From: Chlorokybus atmophyticus
Lineage: Eukaryota; Plantae; Mesostigma and Chlorokybus algae
Assembly: GCA_009103225.1 (NCBI GenBank)
Contig: RHPI01000797.1
Location: 805,064-869,063 of the forward strand
Length of the DNA: 64,000 nt
Direction: 5' to 3'
The position numbers and the translations under genes were made by a program. Shown in pieces: positions 12,798-26,565 of the stretch. Each line of letters starts with the position of its first letter. Positions within the stretch are counted from its first letter, which is position 1. The notes beneath the pieces are model-generated. The model ran no database searches and was not told the origin of the DNA. It was given only the letters and a program-made list of their open reading frames with translations.

Positions 12798-14069
12798 GGG
12801 GGGGTAGTTGAAGAGGCTTCCATTAATAACAGATCATGAGTTGGAATAACGCAAGCGTACGGCTGACGTATACATCCCCAATGGTTTGTTTAATGTTACC
12901 CTTTTTGTGGTTGCAAGCATTGTGATCATAAGAAGCATATTTGACGCTTTGCATGTAAATACAATTATTTTCAATATAGTGTACATGCTGTTGCAATTTG
13001 AACATATTACTTGCAATTCCTTGCACGCGTACATAATAGGCTTTATAATTTAAACAGACGCAATCATATACTCCACTTGTTGCAAACATGCGTGTTGTCG
13101 CGCTCGCATATGAGCGATTCGTTGTTAAGCGCTCATATGCGGGCGTATAATAACTGATTGATGAACGCTTATAGACTGCTTTCAAGCAATGTGACCCACT
13201 GTATCATTGAGGAGGGGGCGATTAGATAATCCTGCTCTTAAGTAAGATCTTCAACGCAGAATCTTTTAAACTGTGCTGAGGGTTCATAAAGAGCATATCG
13301 ATCGCGCACATTATGGCATGCGTGTATATTGCGTTACGTATGCTATGTGTAACATACCAAAAACTTGAAAAGATCTTGGCTTACCGTCATCATATGCAAG
13401 CGAATTTAGCACAACGTATCCACGATTTAAACTTTAATTTATGTGCATTGTGGATTCGTGCATGCTTTTAAATGTGTTTAAAACACATTAAGTATGATTA
13501 TAGCGTCACTCGTGAATACAACGTTTTCCATTAGCATATGTCTCAGTGTCATGTTCAAAGTGTAGCACATGAAGCAATTGCTGACAACACCACCACCGCC
13601 GGTGGCCCACATGTTGGTGCTGACACTGTAACCTTGTATTGATGGCTGTATCGCAATAGTAAAAGTAGTGCCATTTGCAAAGGTGGCCTTGCAATGGTAT
13701 TATTAATGTGTGCATTGCAAGTTAACAAACAGAGACCACTTGCTCATTCCTCCATTGATGAGTAGACTTTCAACTATAACTATAACTAATATACGGTTGC
13801 GCATATTAATGGCAGTGCACATGGCATAGCACAACATACTTTGAGGCTTGCGTGCAACTCTAGACGTAGCTTGTTGTAACACAAGATACGATAAGCACCG
13901 GGTAAATCCCTACCGCATTTGCACACGTATCTTGTTCGTTGTGCTTGTGTACAAAATATGCAATTCAGTAATTGCGACACGCATTGTAATGCATGGCATG
14001 CCAGAAAAGGCAAGCATACAACCACGCCACCAACCAAATGACATTCTTACCCCCCCTGCTCCCTCGCCN

Positions 14070-14190
14070 AATACAGCTTACCAACTGGTGCAGCAAAGCG
14101 CGCACAACGCACAGTCGACTTGCTGTGCTTGCAGTCACTTATGTTGCTATTGATAAGTGACTTTGATTTTATTGCCTGCACGGCACACCT
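14070..14190. repeat. 121-bp exact duplicate of 23670-23790
   Basis: aatacagcttacc...cggcacacct is base-for-base identical at both positions. A single N precedes this copy (14069). Confidence 0.97.
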
Positions 14191-16346
14191 GTTCCCCCTT
14201 CTTTTACAATGTTGGAGAGAACATGTAAAGATATAAGTTACATGTGTGTAAATCACGAATGATCTCCCCCATTTTCACACTGAGGCGTATATGTGCATAA
14301 ATATAATATGTATTATTGTATGTACACCCAATAATGCATATACGTATGCCATATGGTATATTATATTGCGTACATATGCGACATGGGTGCTGCTACTGTG
14401 GTACACTCTGCGCATGCATCGTAGGTACATACCGCGTTTTGCAAACACGCACACATTATGCAGTTGGCTGAGTTAAGCAATTGCATAAATGTTATCATGA
14501 TGTTGTCGTGACATGGTTTTAATATGTAAAGCACAGCATAGCAATGCACAATACAGCAAATATATAATTTGTCTTGTGCATGCATTTGCATGCCGGCGAT
14601 GACACAAATGGTCATGTCGCATGTAATCATCATTAAGCACATTTTCACAATTGCAATTGACCAGCCTAGACTACCCTTAAGAGTCAATTATCTTGTATAC
14701 ACTATTGATACGTACTTCGTAAGTTAATTAACACAACAGCTAAATGTGCTTGCATTGATACAATAAACTTGATGTTCAAAGAGTTTCATGATTCAGCCAA
14801 TGATATGAAATTAAAACCTCATTAAGTTGAATCAATCATGTAGTTAAAGTGTTAGCAAAAGGTGTTACTATGGTCATTGAACCATGATACCAAAATAAAA
14901 ATTTATTGCACCATCCTCAACCCTCAAGCCCACTCTTAACTTGACCTTTCACCCACTCTTTATCTTGTCCCCTAGCCTCCTTTGGGGCTCCGACCCCCCA
15001 CGCACCCAAACCCTATCGTTAACCCCACACGGGATGATGAAAAGCCCCTTCAACAATCGGATTACGCATTTAACACACAAAAGTACAGTAGCACCACTAG
15101 GCGTAGTCAAACACACTCTTGGTAACCCCGTATGTACTCTGCCTTACTGCCCTCAAATCTAGCACATTAATTATAAGGCTCCTTACCTTGCATTGCTTCA
15201 TTGGCCAACAAAAGATAAGACGGCTTACCTCTCTTACTTCGAATTTTCTCAGGTGGCTCTCATATGTGCATATGTGACCATGTCACATCGACATGACCTA
15301 CTTAACAGGTATAGTGTATCAAGTTACACCGGTACAGAGTAGCTTTGTGCTAGCTTACTCATATTTTGTAGTTTATCGTACCCAATACCGATTGTACCCA
15401 AGGATACGTATAAGCAACGTATATTGTATAAGCAACAGTTGCCAAGGCATTTGCAACATAGCAGTAGACGCGCTGTATATGCAAGCTATCATACGCGCAT
15501 AATTCGCCGTTAATACATGCAACACTTGTGCATTGTGGTCAACCTACCTCCTCGATGTTTTTTGATAACAAACATACAGTCAGCTAGCTAGCTATTATCT
15601 CGATTTCAACAGACATATCTGTTTGTATGTAGTTGGTAATACAACATCGTATTGAGAAACATATATTTATTGTTCAAGTGCGCGTCTTGCTTTCGATGTA
15701 ATATTAAATATCACCCAAAGTACAATTAACGATGCGCAACACAGCAGTTTGCAAGTTGATGCTCGCATATGATGACACAAATAACAAATTTTAGTAGAAT
15801 GAATCATGGCATATATGACATGACATGCGTCGTACAAAAAAATCATGCCGACGCGTAAGTCATCATCATTGAAATGTACATTTGCTCATGTACTTCGTTG
15901 AGGTATATTGATAATACAACAAGCATGCGCAAGAGTATTGGTAATTGATCTCAGGAGGAATGCTAACTTTTAATGATCTGTCTAAAGTGATCGAGTCGTA
16001 TTGAACAATGACTGAAACACAGTCATTCCGCCGGTAACATGACAACTTCTCAGTGAAAAAGTCAGATACCGAGCGCATATCCCAATGAACTCACGGCCGA
16101 TGTGCAAGCAAGCAATCGCAATCACGTGACCACCTACGCTGTGCGCCGTTTTTCACCCCTGTCATGTCTGGGGACCAGGCTTCTTCCTGCCTCGCAGGCC
16201 TAATGCGGACTGAGAGCTCCACACGGAAGAACGACAATGAGAGCGATGAGATGAGAGCGCACGAGCACAGGGGTTGAGGAAAGGCCCCCCCCCCCCCCCC
16301 CCCCCATCTAGTTGAGGAAGGCTTGGCGTTGTCGCCTCCTCCTGCC

Positions 16347-18135
16347 ATGGGGGCGGAGGTGGTGGTGCCGCCCAGCCCCCGCAAGAGGGAGGACGACCAC
16401 AAGGAGCAGGACAGGGTGGCGATGGTCGAGAAGGAGGCTGGGCAGGCGGAGGAGACCGGACAGGCGGCGGCGGAGCAAGAGGATGGGCAAGTCGTCGCCA
16501 GCAGCGTCGATGGGGGCAGCGGCAGCGGGCTGGAAGGCGAGGCGAGCGTCTCATCCTCCTCCACCCAGCAGCAGCAGCAGCAGCAGCCGATGTTGCTTGC
16601 CCGCGCACGCACGCCGCCGCACTTGAGAAGAGTGCAAGTGAGCAAAACTGCTGGATGTGTAATGTGCGATTGTGGTTGGAGTTAGCGTGATTGTGAGTGT
16701 TGTATGTTGTTGTTGTTGTTGTTGAGTGCTGGGGGTATGGAGTTGTTATATAGGTTGGTTTCAGGATCAGGACTTTGGTTGTTGGTGTTCTCTTGTGATG
16801 TCACTACCACAACAACACCAACAACAATCAGCACAGGTGTGGAAGAGCCGAATGGTCACGCCTCAACAAGCCCTGCTGCTCGCCAAGCGCCCTCACAACA
16901 ACCACAACAACGACCACAACCCCGACAACAACAAGGACAACACCACCACCACCGCCAACAACGACAAGTCCTCCATCAACAGGTCCACATCCAATTCCCC
17001 TAACAGCCCCGATCACCATCAACAGCTCCAAAACCTCTCCCCAACACCCACACCTCACTCCCCTCCACCCACCTCCCCCCCAACCACCACAACCACCACC
17101 ACAACCACCACCACAAGGAGGCCGCAGTCTTCTTCACATTTTGAGGTGAACCCCCTGTCGGACGCGGACGGCTGCGTGCGGGGGCTGTACTACTGGCTGT
17201 GGAAGAGGAGTAGCGGCGGCGGGGGGGATGAAGAGGGGGGTGGGGGTGGAGGTGGATCGTGCCCCGGACTCATGCTGCCGGATACGGTGGTGTATAAGTA
17301 TAGACAGCCGCTGCTGTGGGTCTTTACTTCGAACAAAGTGAGTATACACACAAACAGGCACAGACACACACACGCGCACGTGCACGCGCATTCGCTGGCA
17401 CACGCGCACACGCACACATGCGCACATGCACATGCAATGACATGTAACCCAAAGCAGCTACTTGCCCAGACGAGCTCTGTGTGCCAACGGAGTCACCGAT
17501 CGAATTGTGGTGTGGTTTTCTGTGTCCATCACAGGACGGGCAGGTGCGGCGAAAGAAGAAGTACAACCTGGTGAACTCGCAGATATTCGAGACGATGAAG
17601 AGGCCCAAAGCAGGCCGCAGCGACATCTGCGCAGCCCACACGTATCCCAACGAGGTACACAAACAAACAAAAAGAGACAATAACACCGCCACCACCACCA
17701 CCAGCATCATCATCAACATCATTACTATATCATCATCAGCATTGTCGAGCAACATCATCAGCCAGTTGTTGTTGTTGTTGTTGTTGTTGTTGTCACTACC
17801 ATCTTTCTCCTCAGCAGTCCTCCAAGACCGTCGTGGAGTACTTCGACTCCCCCTCCCTCAAGTCCTGGCTCCTCTCCCGCATGCGTTCCGATCCGTCGTC
17901 GTCCCACGACCCCGCTTCCAGGGACGGAGGCGGCCCGCAGGAGGACGACGAGGACGGGTCGCACAGCGGGGTGCTGCAACGGTTCGTCGTCGGGAAGTGT
18001 GAAAGGAACTCGGTGATCAGAGCCACGTGGTCGCCGCAGGTGAGGGGTGTGGTTGTGGGTCGTACGCGGGTGATATACACGCACACACGCACGCGCACGC
18101 ACAACGTACTTGATGCGATAGTGAGCACGCACGCT

Positions 18136-18169
<34 letters not shown>

Positions 18170-20826
18170 CTAGCATGTGTCCCTGTGCTTGCCCTTGCGT
18201 AAATGAGATGTGTCTGTCCAAAGGTGTGCATGTTGGAGAGGCGAACCAACCGGACCCCTCTCAACCTCCCCGCCAACACCAACAGCGTTTCTGCGGCTCA
18301 CTCCCTGCCCTCCAGCAGCCCCAACAGCATGAGCAGCGGCATCAACCTCAACAAACCCAACACTACGGATAACAACTCCAATGAGAATGACTCGAGCAAC
18401 CTCGCTAAGCGCGTGGCCACGTTCGAGTCCGGTGATGCGCACTCCGTGGCCACGCCGCTGCTTGGCTCGTTGCTAGCCAAACAAGTGCAGGTGAGAGTGT
18501 TGTCGTTGGTATTGTTGTAGTGATAGTTGTTGTTCCTGTATGTGAGTGTGTTCGTGCTGTGCTAGATTCTCTGCAACAACATCGTGGATCACGTGTGCGC
18601 ATCATCGCGCGGCCGGTACCAAATCGCCCGCATGGTCGCCTACTTCAAGGCAAGCCTGTTGCGCTCTACTCAAACATCACAACGACAACGACAACGACAA
18701 CAACAATAATAACAACACTACGACAGGTGGACAGGAAGAACCGTCTGTGGTTTCTGCACTCCTCGTCGCTGCGTATGGCTCAGAACACTCCGCGCAACGG
18801 CGGCAATGCGCTGCTCGCGGGCCCTGCAAAGCCACTCAACCTCGACCCGCAGTTCCATATCAAGCGATCGCGGGTGATGACACACACACGCACACGCACA
18901 CGCTCACGCACGCGCACATGCACACGCACACGCACACGCACGCACGCACGTGACTGACTTGTGTCTTTTCGCACAGAGAGGTGTGCATAGGATGCGTTGT
19001 CCCGGCTGCGGCACCTCGGACGCGTTGGACAGGCGTTACCCAGTCACATTCAAAGCCATCATCGCGCACTGGCAGGCAAGCGTGAAGCTGTTACATGTGG
19101 GTTGTGATGTTGTTGTGTTGTCACATCTCATGCTCAATGCACACAGCAACAGGTCAACAACCACACGCGCCACGACAGACCCGGCGAGGTGGTGGTCCCG
19201 CCCGTGCTCAAACAGTGCACGCCGAGGCTGGATGAAGCGCGCTACTCGGTGCTGTGCAACGATCCGGCATTCCTGTACAGGTGGGTGGCGCGAGAGTGTG
19301 TGTGTGTGTGTGTGTGTGTGGTTGAGTGGAGAGTGACAGAATGCATGTCTGTGCGCAGGACGGCGGAGGTGTGCGAGGCGTGTTGTCTCGCACACAACGC
19401 GTCCGCTGAGGCGCAGCTGGAGCGCAGCAACCCGGGCGCCATGGCTGATCTGGTCGGCGGGAGGTTCCAGTCGGGACTCTCCACCAACTTGCAGGTAATA
19501 TGGCTTGCATTGTGTGCGTGTGCGTGTGAATGCATATGCTGACAAAGTGCATTGCAATATGACCACAGACGGCTTTATTGTTGGCGGAGCCTGAGAAGGT
19601 GCCGGCATTGGCCCCCCACAAGGACATCCATCCGCGCCCGTCACGGGTGCTATGGGCGACTTCATCCGCGCTCGACTACACGCCGTACCTGCAGGTATGC
19701 GTGGACGTGTCTAGCATCCGCCGATGCGCGCGCACCTCACGGGATTGACAGCTCGTGTGTGCATGTGCACGCGTATTCAAGTGCACCTGCCATAGGGGGA
19801 GAGCATGTGTACGCGCGAGCACAGATGCATGCACACACATGTGTGCGTGTGCATGTGCGTGTGCGTTTGCGTCTACATATGCATGCGCGTGCGTGTGCGC
19901 ACGCGTGCGCGTGGGTGGGCGGGTGGGTGCGTGTGTGTGTGCAAACGGGCGCTGGGGTGTGGACGTGCTCTCGCACTCTTGATGCGCACGCGCACATGTG
20001 TGTGCGTGTGCGTGTACGTGTGTGTGTTGTTGCCCTCTCACATGCCATTCGTACGCAGCACTCCTTTCAAGCAAGACCCGCAAAGTCTCAAACCAGGCCG
20101 ACAACCCTGAAACCCAACCAGGACCAAGACCCCGACAAGCCCGGGACTTCGGGCTCTTCAGACAGTGCGGATATCGCTTCAGACCACGATGATAATACCA
20201 CCACCAACAACATTAACAACAATGTCCTTGACCACGCCGTTGCGAGCACTCCAAGCGCGCAGACCGTACACATAAGGATGCCATTGCAAAGCCAATGGAG
20301 GGAGAAGATGAAAGAGAGGTCTGCCCAGCGAAAGCAGCAACAACAGCTGGAAGAAAGGAAGCCCGTGTTCACGTCCTCGGAGACATTCGCGTCCGCGCGA
20401 CAGCTGTACACACAGCGGCATCTCCACCTTGTGCACTCGCACATGCACCAGCTCGCAAGAGCAGCTGCAAACCGCAGGCAAGCACACACGCAAATATACG
20501 CAACACTTGATACACAGCATCTCACCATTGTGTGCTTGGTCAGCAGTGAGAAGTCCCCAAGACAGAGGGTGCAAGCAGCAGACGCCACACACAAGCTGTA
20601 TCCCAAACCCAAGGACTCGATTGCAAGGACAGAACAACAGCAGCATGGAAGTGATGATGACAATGACAGTGACAATGACAGTGGCGACGACGATGACAAC
20701 AATGAGGAAATGTCTGCCGCGCCGTTAAGTCCCGTGTCGGACGCGGAGCTTCCAACAGAACTGAACTCGCTGCTTAAGACGGCGTGGAAGGCGGAGAAGC
20801 AGCTGCAGCAGGCCGGCACTAGCTGA
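16347..20826 (+). CDS. Multi-exon conserved hypothetical protein with CxxC pairs in the C-terminal half; resembles an uncharacterised family I recall from flagellated protists
   Basis: Spliced globular core: LPDTVVYKYRQPLLWVFTSNK|DGQVRRKKK...VVEYFDSPSLKSWL...SGVLQRFVVGKCERNSVIRATWSPQ|VCMLERRTN...KRVATFESGD...IVDHV...RMVAYFK|VDRKNRLWFLHSSSLR...CPGCG...VCEACC. Introns are (CA)/(TG)/(CAA)-rich. Stop at 20824-20826. Confidence 0.78.
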
Positions 20827-21669
20827 GATTGTGTGTGTTGTTCTCCTTTGGTGCATAGTGTAGTGCGCACAATTGGCTTATGTACAGTGTTGGGTTTTGC
20901 CAATGCGAACTATATATTGCTGCAGCTGTTATGTTGTGTAATGTCGTGTTATGAAGACACGCTCTAGGAATTGATTTGCCACGTAACTGTACGGTGACAG
21001 GGGAATCAGACAGAACGGTTTGAATGACCATGCAGATGACCACACATATTGTTACACCACCCTTACATGCAAATCGCGACAAAGACTAGGGCTACTCAGC
21101 AAGTTAGACTCTTACATTGTTGCAGCAAACTTGTATCAACAGTGAGTGCGCTACGCTAACTCACTGGCTAATCAATGGCGGCAAACCTGTGTACAGGGAA
21201 TGTGAAGTACTATCTTGTGCACGCACAGCCGCGTCACCTGTGCTGTAAACAGGTGACGCGGCTGTAAGTAGTGCGTGCTTGAGCAACAGCCCTTACATTG
21301 GCGGATACACGTTTTCATGACAACCTACTTGTGTCCGATCCCTCTATCAACCGCGGAGCCGAGTATGGCTTGACAGCCACTAGAAAAGGCACTCAGCTCA
21401 GCAGTTAAAGCGGACGTGGTTGTGGCATGGCCAAATGGGCACGTTCGCTTGCAAGATATGACAAGCACCATTGTGACGACAACAGTAGAGCACGCGACAT
21501 GGTTGACGCGCTCATCAACCGCTACAGTCCAAGTACACGCTTCCATATAGCACAGTTCAACGTACGCGACAAAGCAATAGATAAGCTACGCAACATCAAA
21601 TGTAGCCTGTTTCGCCACCTCTAAGACAGTAAACCAACTAGTGCACAAGGAACTGCACGCGCCAGCCAG

Positions 21670-24025
21670 CTATTGAACCACTGCCATGTAGAGCCCACCA
21701 ATCACAGCGAGCACTACTCCCAAAACAACCACCACTTGCGCGTTGCACTGCCCGCGCCATGAGAATCTGCCAATCCAATGGTTCAAACAACTGCCATGCA
21801 TAAGTGCAATACTATTAGTATATTTACTTGCACGGTTGACAACCACTGGCGACTCACCTTGATGCAATCTGTGCTGCAGACTCCAATTGAGCAGGTGGAA
21901 ACTGCCTGTACAACATGACTGCGTGCTGTGCGAGCTCGTCTGCCGTCAGATGCCTGCAGTTACACGCTTTGATGATATGTACAATAGCAAACACAAATTC
22001 AAAGCATAGCACAAAGTGCAAGATGCATGGGTCTACATCCGTACCGCAGCAGTGGCATCTTCTTCAGGTATGCGTGCACATAAGCTGCCTCACACTCCAA
22101 GGCCAGTATATCATCGCGGGCGGCGTGCATGGCAACAGCACCAACATACAAGGGCATCAGTGGTTCCGACGCCAAGAACAAGTCAAACAAGCGCGCCGCA
22201 ACTTCCAGCTCGTTGATGTCATGGGCAAACCTGCGCATGCGGGTATTGTGCTATATATATCATCCATCACGGACTACGATGTCAAGCGAGATGCACTTGA
22301 TGCAGTAGTGCTCCTTACCAGGTCAAAGGCCAGGTTATTGCAAAGTACGGTGGTGCTGAGCTGGAAGCCAGGTATTCAGCAAGCTCCTCATCATAAAGAG
22401 TCAGCAGCCGCGGCAGCATTTCCAGCCTTCGCATTACACTCTGCACCAAACTAGCATTTGCAAATGTTGCGCAAGGTGCAGTTAAGCCTTTTTGGTGCCA
22501 CAAAAATAGAGACCCCAAAAGCTACCACGCATACCTGCAGGTCTGGCGCCATGCATTCCGAAAGGAAGTGTAGAGCGATCTTTTCCAGCAACGGGTAAGC
22601 AGCATTTTCTCCAAGGACCAATAGCAAAACAGAAGCTATGTCATGGAAGCCCTGTGCAGTCGCAAAAACACTCATGAGGACAGCAGACTGCATAACATGC
22701 CATTGCACAGTGCCAGTGGGTGAAAAGCACAGTACCTGGTAGTAGTAAAGTTTGCCGCTGTGTTTGCCAACAACCCCATTGATTAACCGCTGCAGGGCCT
22801 GCGAAAGCCAGAAAACACCGCACGTTAGCTTTGTGGCTGGGTAAACCTCTTCTGGCAGCGTTGATGCGGCAGGACTGCCTCAACATGGGCTCTGAGCTAG
22901 CACAGTAAGTGTCAAATGTCTTGACACTTATGACTTGGCATGACAGCTGCATCAACCTGTCGTTTCTCTTCCCGCGCTTCATCGCTCAACTCTGTAGTAA
23001 ACGCCCACAAAGACCGCTCAACATCCACCTGCGACGCCCTTGGGGTTATGGCTTGCCACAAGCTTGCGTTGGTAGCAATAATAATTGCGGGAGAAAGGCA
23101 GCAATTGTGGCAGGCCCAAGAATGTGCAAGACTCCATCATGGCATTGCAACCTTGAACTAGAGGTTGCAATATGCATGCACTCTGATGTGCATGCATTTG
23201 AACTCACCTGAACTGTGCCTGTATCGCGATGCTCCTCTTCGCTGTACCCTACACGCCAGGACATCAACAACAAGACAAAAGTCAACAACTGTCGCTTTCT
23301 TGTGCCATGCATGTGCTCGTGATTGACGGCAAACTGATGGGGCTTGCAAGGCCGCAGCAGGCCAACTATGAACTGACGCTTATATTCAGCGATGTCTGCG
23401 GTGCTCACATCAACTTCCAGTAACCGTGGCCATGCTCGTCTTCGTAACTGCATGCGAGCAAGTCATTACAGACACTTACTCATCACAAGTGTTACACGCA
23501 AAACACTTGCACGTGAGAACTCACAATACTGAGCAATCGAGGTCACCAATCAGTACAATACAAGCATTCAGTCAACTTATGCACCTGATCGTTAACAAGT
23601 CCCCGGACAGCAGACACTTTCCGAAGCATGGCCATGTCCACCTGAGCAACAGCAAGGCTCCTCAGCACCAATACAGCTTACCAACTGGTGCAGCAAAGCG
23701 CGCACAACGCACAGTCGACTTGCTGTGCTTGCAGTCACTTATGTTGCTATTGATAAGTGACTTTGATTTTATTGCCTGCACGGCACACCTTAAACTACCA
23801 CTAACTGTTTCATGCATGGCGCAGGGGCAAGTGTAGATGGCTTGATGTTCGAGCAACGAGGCGCATGTCAACCACGTGCAAGGAGAAGAAAGTTAGACAT
23901 ACAGGTTTGGCGTCCAGCAAGTCATTGACAATCCTGATGGTCTCCTGGTCCTTGGCGGGATCCCGGACAAAGCCTGCCGCGGGCGCCGGCGGTCTGGACG
24001 AGGGTTTGCGCTTCTTCCCCACCAT
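21670..24025 (-). CDS. TBC1D20: TBC-domain Rab GTPase-activating protein, TBC1D20/Gyp8-like, with C-terminal TM anchor
   Basis: Spliced: VRGLVNDQ|LRRRAWPRLL...TVQ|VDVERSL...LYYYQ|GFHDIASVLLLVLGE...LEKIALHFL...PYFAITWPLTW|FAHDI...RLFDLFLASEPLMPLYVGAV. Both catalytic fingers are present (xDxxR, YxQG). Hydrophobic tail VVVVLGVVLAVIGGLYMAVVQ*. Confidence 0.9.
23670..23790. repeat. Second copy of the 121-bp duplicate, inside intron 1 of the TBC gene
   Basis: Identical to 14070-14190. It lies between predicted exons ending near 23902 and starting near 23642. Confidence 0.97.
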
Positions 24026-26565
24026 CACGCTGCTGCACTCCGCAAACACCAGCAGGGGGAGGTGGCCAGCAATAACAAGCCAGGATACCCCATCCGGGTC
24101 ACACAGGGACGCCCAACAACCAGCCTTGATGGAGCAGAAGCCAACCCTAGCCTGTGTGCAGCTTTGAGGTCAGCTGCTTCAACACCGGCCAGGCCCGGCG
24201 GTAATGCTAGCGACCTCCGCGGCGACTGACTTGAGCGCGAGGAAGCACAAAGCGTTGTGTCATACACTTGGCGCACTCTTGATGCGCTGGTGGTGGAACA
24301 TCACCTGGTAGGGTTGGCGTACTACGGTTACGGCAAGCCTTGGCAATATCCACCGCCTACCACCTACATCACCTGGTACTGATACTGCGTGAATATTGCC
24401 TCACACCTATGTGTGGTAACATAATGTAGCTGAAGGAGTCAATTTGTTGCCGTGATAAGTTGGGACCTTCCCAGTATCAACCCACCTCAAGAGTATCAAT
24501 CAGACATGACAGGCTCAACCTGTCACATCAGCATCTTTCGAGTACACATATACACGTGATTTGTCAAAGCTTACCACTTTAATCAAGAATGTCACTCCAT
24601 TGGCAATCTGCTAGCCTACCTACCATTTGCCATTTTAACTCACTCTGTTGCAACAGCATGAGTTCAGATGTAACAGCTTTAAAGAAAGCTGTCACATGTG
24701 ACTTGACGATTCCAAAGGGCTCACATGCTATATGTATCAACCAGCTCTGCGCTCGCCCTCACCAATGCCCTCTGGGGTGAGATCCAAGCCTCCTCAACAA
24801 AGCTTTACGCCACTGTGACTCATAGTGGGCCCCGGAGGCCTTGAAAGTTTTCATCTATAGAAAACTACACACCTCGGTGGACAATAAGTCTACACTGAAC
24901 TCCACAGTGGGTAACCTTACACGCTTCAAAATATTATGTCAAACTTGCTAACAGAGAATGACTTTCGCCAGCCTTATAAGCGTGACGACAGTGCAGGAGC
25001 AAAACAATTGCAGCGTTACGAGGCAAGCACGTAGGATATGCAAGCCTTGCATATAAAATGCCTTGTGCCAACGAAGAGCCATGCACAATCAAGTACAGCA
25101 ATGAAACAAGATACTCGACATTACTGAAGCCAAAAGCAGCAACGGAAGGCTGTGGGAAGCAGCAAGAAGACAGTAGCGAGGGTGATTACAACCTGCCAAG
25201 TGCAATGTGCATGTGCCAAAAATGAAGGCAGATGATATAGTCCCGCTTATGCAGCATATCATTATGCACATGATAACGACGGCGACCACAGGACGCTTAG
25301 ACGCTTGACATCCGTCGCCTTCGCTTGTTGCATGGTCTTATCTTATCTTACAATTGGTTTGCTCAAGAGCCAGTCAATCTTAACGTAAGCGATTGTCAGG
25401 GCAAATAGGCAACCCTTACAGCTGGCGCGATTGCGTATGGAATATTTCATTGGTCATATGCATAAGCAATGACACAATGCAAAGCAAATGTCGTAATGTG
25501 AAATTCCGTATTTGTAACTTCAAAAGCTTGATTGCAATTTAATATAACACATATCAACGCAGTTAACGGTAGGCCTATAAGCTATAGAACTTCTACAATA
25601 CAAGAGCTTGCAATTTGCGCCAATAATGTATATGCCGACGAAGTGTTGATGTATGTATTACACATGCATTGCTAGTTCTTGTCAACACGCGATGGACCTC
25701 ACATGGTATGGTACCTGTTATTAATGGCGGCGGTAGGGTAAGTGTCCCTAACTTGGATTTCCTGTTTTTGGCCTGTAGCTGGCGAACTAGATGATTGTTG
25801 CCGGTGAAACTATAGGTGGTGATACGTAGCAATTAGACCTACCTGTCGAACCTACAACCTCCTCAAACGGCCTACCAGAACGGGACACTCAATGTTTTTC
25901 AAAAATCAACATTTTGGCGTTTTATACGCGCGGGGGGTCAAACTTGAAAGTTTGTATTGTGACAAGTTTGTCATATGAACTCCAAACGAGATGGTTGTTT
26001 TCTTGTTAAGTTTCTGTAGGTATAAAGAGCTTCTTTACCAAGTTTCGTGGCTGTCCACGCGGAAATTCAAAGATTATCAAGTTGGGCAATTTTGGGGTAA
26101 CGCGTAACGTTTTAAGTGAAAGTGGAAATGTGTGTTGTGGCAATTGTAGCAGCATAAACTAAATGGAATGCACGTTGAGTGTTGTTGTTATGTTGCCCAT
26201 AGTACAATGCCAAGCACTAGCTGCAGTCTGAGCGTTTGGTTGGGGTTGTCACATGTGTAGGTTGTGTGTGAGGGGTGTGGAGGAGTTGGTGTGCAGAAAG
26301 TTAGCAAGTGCTTATCAACGCGTTGGAGAGTTGGTGTGCAGCAAGGCAGCAAGTAAGGAGGCAGTGATAGTGGGATTGCAAAGGGTAGTTTTGTCTAGCC
26401 AAGCAGGAAATACAGGGATACTACAACTACCACAACTCCATGGTGCGGAGAAGCTCTGCAAGGGTGGGTGTGTAGCATGACTAAGCATGCTGATCATCAC
26501 TGTGACTGCTCATCACTCAGACCACTTTTACATCATGCTTCTCACATTATGCTGCCAGGGCAAGC

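Noticed and set aside
19552-20826. 424-aa single ORF
   Set aside because: The first half runs through a (TG)n intron (VRVHVRV...). Only the part from about 20070 is a plausible exon of the 16347-20826 gene.
23670-23790. Possible intronic snoRNA
   Set aside because: No C/D boxes or convincing H/ACA two-hairpin layout are visible.
24400-25000. Minus-strand KVTH peptide suggesting a second Crypton fragment
   Set aside because: It is only a 4-residue match, with no GKTN or RH...C motifs nearby and many stops.
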